Shown in pieces: positions 12,211 through 24,000 of a DNA stretch of 64,000 bases. Each line of letters opens with the position of its first letter. Within the stretch, counting starts at the first letter, position 1. A program made the position numbers and the translations under genes. Under the pieces are notes generated by a model. It had not been told where the DNA came from. It saw only the letters and a list, made by a program, of their open reading frames with translations, and ran no database searches. Source of the stretch: Bugula neritina (lineage: Eukaryota; Animalia; Bryozoa); NCBI GenBank assembly GCA_964035545.1, contig OZ037765.1, positions 9,496,698 to 9,560,697 of the forward strand. The letters are read 5' to 3'.

Positions 12211-13047
12211 AAAAGTACTGTTACATTACTCTATAGCTATGCCTAGCCCTCCAATTATGTGTATTATCATCGCCACCGTCAGAATACAAAGTTTTTGCTA
12301 TGATGGTAACTATTGCTATAGTGATAGTCATAGTGACATACCCATAATGATAGCGTTTGACAAAATAGCTATTAGACTCAAAGTCAATATGCGTATTACT
12401 ATGAGTATCAATGAAAAATAAAATGGCTTTATTTTATCAGTCAATAATTTGGCATTTTTTTTATTATTAATATTTACTATTTAAAATTATTTAATTCAAG
12501 CGTAAGCTACCACACTGATTATTTTCGCAACCTAGAAGAATTTCTACAACCTACTCATTTCCACAACCTAGAACAATCAGACGTTAACTGCCAAACCCAT
12601 GCTAAAATTGCAAAGTAGCGTGGAATATATATTTCTGATGAATATATTTTGATGCTTTGTAGGTTGAGTGAATCTCTAGCTTGCTGCATGAAACGTTAAA
12701 ATAGGGACTAAACCATGCTTTTTTAATAAGCTGTAAGAATGAATTTATATTACTGGTACCTAATTTAAATCAATCACTTTACAATATTTTTACTGCTATT
12801 CAAGTAGGCACAGGAGATCAGGATTTGTAGTAAAATGGGTATGGAACAGGGTTTTGTAGGATGCATATAACAGCAATTCCTTGCAGTGTAATTTGATCTG
12901 CCCTCAAGTTGGTTAGTTCCTTTACAAACTTATTTTCTGCAAGTGAAGCTTTACCTCTTAGTATACATGTATGCTTGTGTCTTTGTAGTGTAGCCCACGT
13001 GACTAATAATATACAAGATGTAATGATTAAAGTACAAGCAATCAATT

Positions 13048-13095
13048 ATGGGTGTTACTGGTCTATGGAAACTTATTGATAGCGCTGGTAAACAG
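13048..13095 (+). CDS. ERCC5: ERCC5 exon 1
   Basis: [19 protein letters not shown]|GTTAGT donor. Confidence 0.9.
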
Positions 13096-16000
13096 GTTAG
13101 TTCAGCTAGCTTTCTAAGGAATTGTTACTAAATTATTATTTTTTCATAGTGCTAAGTTGTAGTTTTAGATTTAGGTAAGAGTGGGTTTTTTCAAAGAGAA
13201 TTCAGTGTATATTTCCATTTTTTGTTTCTATCTGCTTAAATAAATTGTATGGTTTGTTTTTTCTGTTGAAGTTGAAGTGATTGCTACGAGCAATGACTGT
13301 TGGTGTATTATGCTAATGTTTTTCAAATCTGCTATTTGTGTAAACCAGAAAATTCGCTAAATGGTTATTAGAAATTTTGTGTTTGTTTAGTTTTAAATAT
13401 TTTAACATTTTCAGCATAGACAATATTGAGCAAATATAATATTTTTAGTTTACCTTTTAGTATAACTTGAAATCTTAGGTTTCAGTCGCAATTTGCCTCA
13501 ACTGAAGTTATTAAAACACTTGAATGATTTTTTACTTAAGATGCTACTACTGCTTTACATTTCAATTGATAAATTATTTATCTTCAATTGTTTCAGATTA
13601 CTTTAGAGTCGCTGGAAGGTAAAATTTTTGCTGTTGACGCTAGTATTCTGTTGAACCAAGCTGTGAAGGGTATGAAAGATCAACCCAACGCCCACTTGCA
13701 TATTCTCTTTCTACGCATATGCAAGCTGCTGACCTATAAAATCAAACCTATATTTGTGTTTGATGGCGCAGCACCTATTCTGAAGAAGCAAACAATTGCT
13801 GCTCGACAAAAGAGGAGAGAGGAGGCTGCGGAGAAAGCTCAAAGTAATCTTTTTGCACACACAGTATAATTATGTTAAAGTTAGTGGTTTCGGTTGGACT
13901 TATTTAAATGCCATATTAGAATATACAGCTTTAGGTAGCCTAGAGGTTGTGCAAATTGTTTTTTTTTTCCTTTTCCATGTGGTAATATCAAAATCGGTTT
14001 TATTTTATCATATTAAAACATTAATTGTTGTAATGCTCCACCAACATGCTGTATTGTTGAAGGTGTGAGTGATCGGTTGAAACGAAAAGCTGTGCAGCGA
14101 TTAGCCATAGATGGTGCTCTTGGTAATGTCTCAGCTGCCAAGTCGGCTAAACAAACAGATAATGATCTGTTTGAGTTGCCTCCCTTGCCTGAGTCACATG
14201 ACATGGAAGAGGCTGAGAGTAAAGACAACTACTATGAACTGCCTATTCACAGCATATTATACAGCGGAGATATAGATATCCAGCAGGTGATTTGATACTC
14301 TATTCATACCACTTTCTGCTTTTCTATAAATACAATCACTAGTTGTAATCTAGCACTGATTATTCTGACGTTGGCTGGTAGGTCATCTTAAGCTTTAAAA
14401 CATGTTCAATCATTGGTCTTCAAAAATTTATGTTTTTACATCAAAAATATAGTCTGAGCTTATTGGTGTAATTTCATGACAAATATTTTTAAAATGGTCT
14501 ATGATTTTATTAAAAAAAGATTGGAAACTTTAAAAAACACATTGAAGTTGTCATGAAATCATGAGAATATCAAGAAAAAATGTTTTATTAGAAATTATTA
14601 TAATTTATCAGCATTCATATAAAAATGTGAAATTCACTCTTAGTATATTTCCGAATAGTGAATGAAGCTTACTGTAAAATTAGTTTTTCATATGCATTTT
14701 AATGTAATATATTACTTTAATATAAGTATTTGAATTTTCTCTCTCCTTTTGTATTCTCCACTTGCTCCTCATCCACTCAGTTATAGCTCAGACAGCAAAA
14801 GTAAACCTCAAGTTATATAGATGTAAAATTTTAAACAAGTAACCTTGGTCTGTATGTTTTTCTAAAAACAGTTGAAATTAAATAGTTTTGTGCTGCCACT
14901 AATCCTTACCAAACCAGTACTTTGTTTTCTTTCTTCTAAAAATCTGTTGAAGTTAAATTTTATTCTCGCATAACACTTATCCCACATTTTAGCTCTCACA
15001 CCTTAAAATTTATTTTCATCTTTAGGCCAAGTAAACTTAGTAAATTTTAAAGTTTCCAATTATATAACTCTTTTGGGTAGCAAAGAACTTTAAATTATAG
15101 CATACCGGGTGTGTTGAGAATGGCATATAAATGCTGTGGTTAAATTGCTGCATCCATGCAGAAAACTGTTGAATTGATTTTTAATTTCTCAATATTTGTT
15201 TTCCAAAAATATATTGTTCGAATGTAGTTTATGAGTTATCATATATTTTTTCCATATCCTGAATGTAGACATGTTAGGACACTTTTTTAAAATCTGCTTT
15301 CAGCTTTTTCATGCCAAAAATATTGTTCTAAGCCTGTTTTGTCTTGATAAATATTTCATCTTTCCTGGTTAGTTAATCAATTATCTTAGTAGCCCACTCC
15401 ACAGTTTTCACTATTATAGCATTAGGTGCCTGTAGTATAGACAGAGAGAGAGAGTATAACTCATAATTAATAGTGGGTGTTTTAGTTACAGCTTAAAAAT
15501 GAAGAAGTAGTTTTCTACTCTTGCATTTAAAATCCAAGATTAAAAAATAATGCAATGAAATGAAAACAAATTCAGTTACATCAGGGCTTTTGTTACTTTT
15601 ATATATATTAGTAATATATTGGAAAGATAACTCTATACTCTACAGTGAGCATTGTAGTGATCCATGAATACTAAACTATAGTAAATTAATTGCAATTTTT
15701 TATATTTCAGGGGTAGGAATGTAGCTTGTAAATAGCATTTATCAGATTGTATCTACATATAAATGTAGTTATGTTCTGTTACCAATCGCTCAAGAATAAT
15801 TTAACTTATAAAATAATGTAATTATTCATTTTTAGAGAAGATAACTCTACAGTCCTCTATTTTTGAGCCTTTTAAAATATAATTTACTTTTAATATATTA
15901 TATATATTTAATATATTAAACTGATTTATTACTAAATATGCTTTTATATCCAGACATAAGTACAATAATACTATACTGAACAGAACACCTATGCTAAACA

Positions 16001-19000
16001 ATTACAGTAATTTGGTCTCTCTACTCCACTCTCTATAAATGTCTGTAGCTCAGTTCACCAACTAAAGTGTTTTTTTCTATCGCTATTTTACTTGTAGAAA
16101 TAATGATTGCACTTACCATTGGCATTAAGAATTTTTATTATAATTATTATATTTATTGTAATTATTTAGTTGTTGTTATGATTACATTAAAGCTAAAATT
16201 CCAACTCAAATTTGAAGTTATGACCTATGACCTAGATGTCACGTGTTGATAACAACTCAAATCTGGAGTTATCTAGTTTCTGATCTCATGTTTTAATTTA
16301 ATTTTGTTTCATTTAATTGTCTAGTTCAAAGTTCTTTCTGTTGAGTTTTATTTGTAACCCGATGTAAAAGTAGTCACAGGTTTGGAGCTGAACTGGCCAA
16401 TGACAGTCTTGTAAATATAAATGGGTTGTGCCATTAGTTTGTATCCAAATATTACGTAATTATATCACCCTGCATGTACAGTGCATGTACTGTGTTGTAG
16501 GTAGTGCATGACCAATATGCTTTCAGTTCCCTCTAAATATACGGTTTTCAGCATGTAGGAAGATTTTTAATAAATTATTTACTTGAGCTTACTGAAATAT
16601 ACATACACCATATCTTGCAAGTCTACCAGCATTTCTCATTCGTGAAAATCATTTTGCCTTATTGTTAGTTAGTCCATACTACAGCCATCCATAATTGTTT
16701 GTACATCGTGTGGATGTTTGAGTGTGAACTTTGCTGTGTTTCTCATAGCGCTAGTACTTCTTTCACTCTATGTTGTTAGCTCATCTCTTGTTATCTAGGT
16801 GCTATACACCTAAAAAGGTCAAATAGTTTATCTTTTGACCTCTTCTACTATGGTTTTCATAAGTGTTGCATTAATATTTGGAATGTTGCCTTATAGTCAG
16901 AGGCACTGTTTATCATCTAGATGTGGTGTAATCAAGAAAAAGTGTTTATCTGTGTCGACATCCTAGAAATTATATGTTTTTGTTTAGATTCATTCAGTTC
17001 ATCGTGCTGTCACCTCAGTGCATGGTGAACTAAATGTTGGTTTTCTAACTTTTATTTGATGATTACATTTCAGCATAATATAATTATATGCTATTTGATC
17101 CATCCACTGATATTAATATCATCCGTTTACAGATTGATATTACAAGTAATGAATTCAAATCTCTTCCACTTGAGTATCAGCACGAAATACTAGAGGAAAT
17201 CAAAGAACACACTAAGCATGACAACAAGTTGCTGCCAACTGCCAATGAAGACCAAGCTGATCAATTCTCGTCCTTTCAGATCTCAAAACTTGTTAAACGT
17301 AGTAAACTTACTGGGGAAGTATGTCAATAATAGCCTTTTTATTTTAAAAAATATTGTAACAAATTGAATATTTGCCAATTGAAATATGTCAGATTTTTAG
17401 CTGTACTTCCTTTTAGTGCTACGAAATGCAATGCTGTAATGTGATTGTGTATCTATGAAATAAGTGTTATATAGTTATTACATATCACGTTTAGGAGCAG
17501 TAGTGAAGAAATTAAGATAGCCTTAGCTCTTTAATTTTTTTTACTGAATTTTGGTTTAGGGCGCGGGTTGAAATTCTTACGAGAGCATAACTTCTTTTGC
17601 TATGTTTCTTTTCTCCATTACTGCACCTACCTCATATATCAAACTTTTCAAATTTTTACACTTGTATTTGTGTTAAATAATCTGTAGATTGAAAGTTTAC
17701 GGAAGCAAATGCTGACCGAGTTAGCTGACAGCGCCACGGACTCTCAACATGGCACTCTGGAGGCAAACCGAGTCATGTCTGAAGATGCCACTCACTATCT
17801 TCTAATCAAGCAAACCCCCAAGACAGAACTACCAACTGTGGACAGAGACTTTCTGGATAGTATGCAAGCTACCCCCTCCTCAACTGCAAACATTGCTAAG
17901 AAAGAAGTCGGGGGAACTAGTGAGTGTGTGAAGATGGCCCTACAGGATGAAATGTTGCTTAGCGACGAGGAAGATAACATGACTGCTAAAATGGAGCAAA
18001 GTCATAGAGCCAGAGAAATTGATGTTACGATCACTAAACCAGTTGTACCTGAAAATTTTGAGAAAAACCAAAACACTTTGGCTAATTATCAGTCAGTCAG
18101 TGTTTCAGACACAAGTTCTGACTCAAATAATGAAGATGATGAAAGTGTTCAATTTACTAATGTCAAGTTCGCCATAGGTCAAAACGTCTCAAAGGCAAAA
18201 TCATATGTAGATTCTCAAGTTTTGCAAGAAAATGTTGCTATTGCAGTAAATGAGGACGACAGAAGCTCGCCGCGAAGAGCAGTTTTGCGTGAGACGTCTA
18301 GTACATCACTTCCTGTGCTGGAAGGTGATCTCCTTGTTACCGAATCACTCGGAGAATCTATTAAATCGCATGAAAACTCTAAAGATACTGTATCCACTAT
18401 CATGCCTACTGATGATAAGGAGTACAATAGTTCTAGTACAGCTGATCTGGTTACACCAAAAAGTAACTCTACTTATAAAAGTCCTCTTTATAAGTTGGAT
18501 ACTGAGAATGATGAATCTGACAGCTCAGAGGATGATTTAGTACAAGTCAAGTCAAACTTTAGTGCACCCAGTGAAGCAAACCCTGTTATTTCTGGTATGT
18601 TGAAAACCTTTTCATTTACATGTAATTTACTGCAAAATGTTTTTAAATATCATGAAATTTTCTAGTTTGTTTATGAGAAGAAAATTCCAAATGAATTAAT
18701 TGTATTTTCAGGGCTGGCTAATGAGATCTTAGAAACAGAGAACGCTTTGGGTGCCGTCGCTAATGAAGTAGCCACCAACCAATATTATTTAAATTTGGAC
18801 TTGCAAAAGCAACGAACTTTATCTCAAGCTATTACCCAGCAAATGATAGATGATGCTGTAGAATTGCTGCGGTTGTTTGGAATACCATTTGTTATGTCGC
18901 CGTGCGAAGCTGAAGCTCAATGTGCAAAGCTGGAAGAGTTGGGACTGTGCGATGGTACAATTACTGATGATAGTGATGTTTGGCTTTTTGGTGGCTCATA

Positions 19001-19877
19001 TGTTCTTAAAAACTTTTTTCAACAAGACCGTTATGTAACTTCTTTTACTTCAAAGGATATATATCGGTGCTTTGGATTGGATAGAGAGAAGTTAATTGCA
19101 TTGGCATTGGTGTGCGGTAGTGATTACACAAATGGTATATTAGGGGCTGGTCCTGTAACTGCTGTAGAGATAATTAGTGAGTTTGGAAGAAATAAGGGGG
19201 GTATATTTGCTCTAAAAATGTTTAAGGAGTGGGTTGATAGTCTGAAAGCCAATGGTGGAAATTTGCCTGCCTCTAGCTCTAACTCCGCCTTGCGAACTAT
19301 GCTGAGTAGACATATGAACTCAATTCCCGAGACGTTTCCTAACCATGTAGTTGTAGATGCTTATTTAAAGCCAAGAGTAGATGAATCTAGTGAGCGTTTC
19401 GCTTGGGACCGGCCAGATTTAGATCTTCTTCGGCAGTTTGCTCACAGGACACTTAACTGGTCACCTGAAAAGGTAGACAATCTGGTGTGTCCAGTTATTA
19501 AAAAATTGAACTCGAGTGAAAGCCAGTTCAAGTTGACCAAATTTTTAAACTTATCAACATCAATAAACAAATCTTCTGAATTTCAAAGTAAGCGTCTGAA
19601 GGCTGCAATATCAAAGTTAATATCTAATGAAAGCTCAGAATCAGCAGTAGCTGATGCATCTGATCGTCTAAAAGCAAGTAGACAGCAAAAGACTGCTAAT
19701 AGAGAGCAGACTAAATTGCTACCAAAGGTCAATGCATGTAAAAGTCCAAGAGGGAATGTTAAATCAAAAAAGGGAGGCAAGGCTGGAGCTAAGCGAAAGA
19801 ATTATGCTCCACCAAGTGTCAACATTTCATTAGTTAAAAATGAGGTGCATCTATCCGAATCAGACAGCTCTGATTAG
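13048..19877 (+). CDS. ERCC5: XPG / ERCC5 structure-specific endonuclease (nucleotide excision repair), complete, about 925 aa
   Basis: Exons 13048-13095, 13597-13843, 14063-14286, 17133-17318, 17688-18594, 18712-19877 total 2778 nt in frame. [10 protein letters not shown] start, VDAS and VFDG (N domain), UBM-like [13 protein letters not shown], long acidic spacer, EAEAQCA / TDDSD / GSDY (I domain, H2TH), PIP-box-like QFKLTKF, basic C-terminus. Confidence 0.95.
13597..13843 (+). CDS. ERCC5: ERCC5 exon 2 (XPG N domain)
   Basis: [16 protein letters not shown]...[10 protein letters not shown]. Confidence 0.92.
14063..14286 (+). CDS. ERCC5: ERCC5 exon 3
   Basis: Phase 1/0, contains DLFELPPLP. 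Confidence 0.85.
17133..17318 (+). CDS. ERCC5: ERCC5 exon 4 (UBM-like)
   Basis: [24 protein letters not shown]...[12 protein letters not shown]. Confidence 0.9.
17688..18594 (+). CDS. ERCC5: ERCC5 exon 5 (spacer)
   Basis: Contains [14 protein letters not shown] then an acidic Ser-rich spacer; phase 0/1. Confidence 0.9.
18712..19877 (+). CDS. ERCC5: ERCC5 exon 6 (I domain to stop)
   Basis: [39 protein letters not shown]; TAG at 19875-19877. Confidence 0.95.
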
Positions 19878-20182
19878 AATAACTATAGATTCTTATCTAA
19901 GAACTAATTGGTAGTATTAAGATTCCATGTGATAATGTACTTTGACTGAATGATGAAGTTACTGCAGTCAGTTTTGATTCAATAAGTAGAATGATGCGGT
20001 TATTCAATAACATGTTATAATTTGTGAGCAATCTTATACTATTATTGTTATTGACAAAACGTGTTGAAGTCAATCAAGTTTACGGAGTCAGAGATAGACT
20101 TAATAACTCTCTTCATACTTTCTTTTTATGACTAGCGAATACAATTATTGATTTCTCATTACAATCTTTATAATGCTTTACA

Positions 20183-20198
20183 TTTATTTATCAATAAA
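20183..20198. terminator. Back-to-back poly(A) signals (TTTATT-TATC-AATAAA) for convergent ZMIZ and ERCC5
   Basis: AATAAA at 20193-20198 (+) and at 20188-20183 (-); each is the first canonical hexamer downstream of the respective stop codon. Confidence 0.55.
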
Positions 20199-20890
20199 TA
20201 TACTTGATAACATGCATCATCAGCATACATTTAAATAGGTATAGTGTAAATGATATTCTAATAAGACTATGGTGTGGTACTATGCTTATTAAAACCATTA
20301 CATTAAATACATATTTATCCTAACCTAAAATAACAAAAATATATCACATTTCTTTGGTTGTATATTACATGTTAACCTATGGGCACAAGAAAAAAGAGGC
20401 TACACAAAAATGCGTTGCTTCACAGTCAACAATCAGCTGCACTTCTCTTGGTGCAAAATGCTGTTTGCAGGCTAATTTTCAACTTTTGTAAAACTTTAAT
20501 AGAGCAATACACGTATATAAATACAATAAACAGCGAAGTTGATTTAGCCTTAATCATGTTCCCATAATTCTATGCTTATAAAATACTCAGCAGTAACATG
20601 ATAGTTAAATAGACTAATATGATACAGTTTTTAATTGGTAACAAGTAAATTCATAAGCCTATTGAAGACTGATAATCATTTGAATAAAAAGAGCAGTGAG
20701 TCAATTTGCTAAAGTCACTGATATAAATAGAAATGAGCGTATAATAAATAAAATGTACATAAATTGACTTGTATTGTTGGAGCAACCTACATAATTGATT
20801 TGCTTATTTACATCAAATATTATTACTGAAAAATTTCTATATACAGTAATTATAATAATGCATATAAATATGGGTAGTAATATATGGAGA

Positions 20891-21019
20891 CTACGAATTT
20901 GAGAATAGGGCAAAGATTTCCTCATCATCAGCAGGAGTTGTATTTCCAAATGGGTTTTCTCCAAGCTGGGGTCCAAGATAAGCTAGCAGGTCATCTGGGA
21001 ATACCTCACTCAAAGGTAA
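20891..21019 (-). CDS. ZMIZ1: ZMIZ last exon
   Basis: [17 protein letters not shown]...[11 protein letters not shown]-stop. Confidence 0.85.
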   Translation of the reverse strand, partial: LPLSEVFPDDLLAYLGPQLGENPFGNTTPADDEEIFALFSNS

Positions 21020-24000
21020 CTGTAAAATAAGTTGACAACTGAGATGACTACATGGCATATTACTACTACAGCTAATACCTCATGTTATGTAATACTATAG
21101 TTGACTTTAAATATGGCTTTCAATAGAAAATTTGAAAGGTTCAGAATGAACAATCGGGGAGCTTTGAATAAAACAACAGAAGAAATATCCTTAAAGGACT
21201 GATAACAAAAGTTTCAATAGTTAGTAATACAATCAACTTTACGCTATAATTCATTTGACTGCATTAACAAACACTTACACTGTCATCTGGTGAGTTATTA
21301 TTTACTAGATCAGATACTTCAGCTGGTATTTCAGAGTTGGTAGCATTAGTTCCAGGAGGGGAACTGTTTGTGGCAGGGCCATTACTGGCGGGTCCACCAT
21401 GAGACGCAGGGGCATTGCTAGCTGGACCACCATGAGATGCAGGAGCATTACTAGCTGGGCCACCATGAGAAGCTGGGGCATTGCTAGCTGGGCCACCATG
21501 GGATGCAGGAGCATTACTAGGTGGCCCTTGAGATGCTGGTGCATTGCTGGGTGGTCCCTGTGACATGGCCGCATTGCTTGGTGGGCCACCCGGTGCTTTA
21601 TTGCTGGCAGGACCAGCACTCATTTTAGGGGGGCCATTGCTTGCCGGACCACCAGGCGGCACGTTATATACAGCAGCAGGCTGAGAATTCCCAACAGGCC
21701 CTACAGAAAAATACATCATTTATTGAGAATTAATCACTACACAAAACTAAATGAAGTTGAGAACTCAGCAACTTCTATGTTGACAGCAGGTAGTCATAGC
21801 TTATATAAGAATCAGCTCGCGCACGCAGCACCACTACTGCACTCTCGGACTGCAACAACAGCATTGATAGGCTGCAAAGCATAGGCTGTCAAAATTAATT
21901 AGCATCTCAAATAGAGTGTGCGAGAATATTGCTGTTTTTATTAACAGCAAAAAGGCAGTCAAGCGTGAAACTACTGCCAGATTTGTAGGAGTCGAGCTAC
22001 ATTGATACAGGGATAAAATATGTACACAGCTAATAGTGAGAATCTATATATTTTAATAAATTAACTTTTAACACCGCCAGTAACTATGGTAACCAAACCA
22101 TTGTAGACTATACTCTCACTTGTAGAGTGATATCTTAACATCATCTTACCTTGGGTTGGGCTGGCAATGCCTGCCTGCCTCTGAAGCATAGCTATGCGTT
22201 GCTTCTCATTCTCACTTATATCACTTCTGTTTGACATTGGACCAGTGAAATCAGGAGGTGAATTGAATCCAACATCGTACATACCGCCATTAAAATGAGC
22301 AATGGAGTTGCTTCCTGTGTTTGACAAAACATTGTGTACAATAATAACAATTAGCAGTGTGTAAGGTGGAGGCGAGGCTGAAGATGTGGCTTTAGATGGT
22401 TAATTGCCAGAAAATTAGCATAATAAGTGTAGAACGCAGCTAAGTAATGCATGTAGGCTCAGCATCAGCTCATCATATTTACAGTACTAGTCAATATATT
22501 ATTAAAAATTAGTCAGTTGAATAAAAGGAATTTCAAGTGGATGAGGAATTTTGCGTCATGTCAGTGCAACCTCAGCAGATAAATCACCTTACCTTGTGAA
22601 TTATGAGAATTTGGTGGGGTTGGGTAGGGTGATATGGGGTTGTGGTGCCCTTCGTAAGAGCCTACAGATGGCAGGTTAGTAGACGAGGGGCTGTAACCTT
22701 TCCACATTCTCATATTACAAATATCTGAAAGTAATGATACAACTTATATTCCACTGGTTGACTGACCATGCTGAATAATTAAGTTGAAAAATGTCACACA
22801 GTCTAGATGTACTCCATTAAATGTAATAAGGATGTCAAAGACCAAAAATTGTAATTAGTATTCTAACTGTTTAGCATACTTCACTGTAGCAACTACTAGA
22901 TGACTACTTCTATCATAAATTATAACTTTATTCATATACAACAAGCTGTTGTTATTATTGAATACAGTTTCCAACTTCTGTGTAAACATACTAGGCTCTT
23001 CTGCCCACGTTACTGCATCAATTGATATTATGTATTGTAATGACCAGCATTTCGCTGATATGAAAACGATTCAAGTAAAATCTATAATGAGAGCTTGAGC
23101 TTGCGCTAGTCTCACTAAATTATTGATTCAATGCCAGCAATGTTGAGATAAAGAGCTTGCTAAGATTTTTAGTAGCATACACTGTAACGTAGAAAACAGT
23201 TTCTGTAATGATTAAGAAAGGCTTTAGTTGAATGTGAGGAATCATAAAACGCACACACCTAGAGTCTTAACTTATACGGTCATTGAACATATCAATTGTT
23301 CTATATCTATTTCATGTTATCAGTTTGTTATACTTTTCTTCACATATGGCTTATTAGCGTTAATATAGGTGATTGCTAGATATCTTAATTAGTTAGTAAT
23401 TCTAGGATAACCCTGAACACTACCAATAGCACAGTTTGTAAAGAAGTATATTAGCGCAATTATTGATTATAGGTTTCGAAATGCTCGCTAACAGCAAAAT
23501 CTTGATTTATTGAAGTTACATTCTTACCTTTATTATCTTCTTCCTTCACCACCATTTTGGATATACTTGGCTTCCATGAAGCATTGGCATCAATATTGAT
23601 CTCATCAATTTCACTTTTTGAAAGCTGTTCAAGAATTCCCCACATATACTGATCAAGCTCAAGTCCCTCTAGCAAAGCACCTCTCCTAAAAATGTTAATA
23701 TTGATAATTTATAAACAAATATACTAAATTATTCAAAACTATACAATTAGATAATACTGTAGATAGAAGAGAGAAGATAATGATTGCATTTATTTTCACA
23801 ATTTTGAAGTATCAGACAATGTTTAGTAGCTGTCACATTGAGGGTCGTGTGTACAGTATTCCATGCACACTCATGCCATACATTACAACTTTGACAGTTT
23901 ACAATTGAGACAGGTGTTAACTGTAATTTGAGCAGCTGCATTAGCAAATAGAAGCTGAGTATAAAATATGTCATACCTTGCATATCATCAAATACTACTA

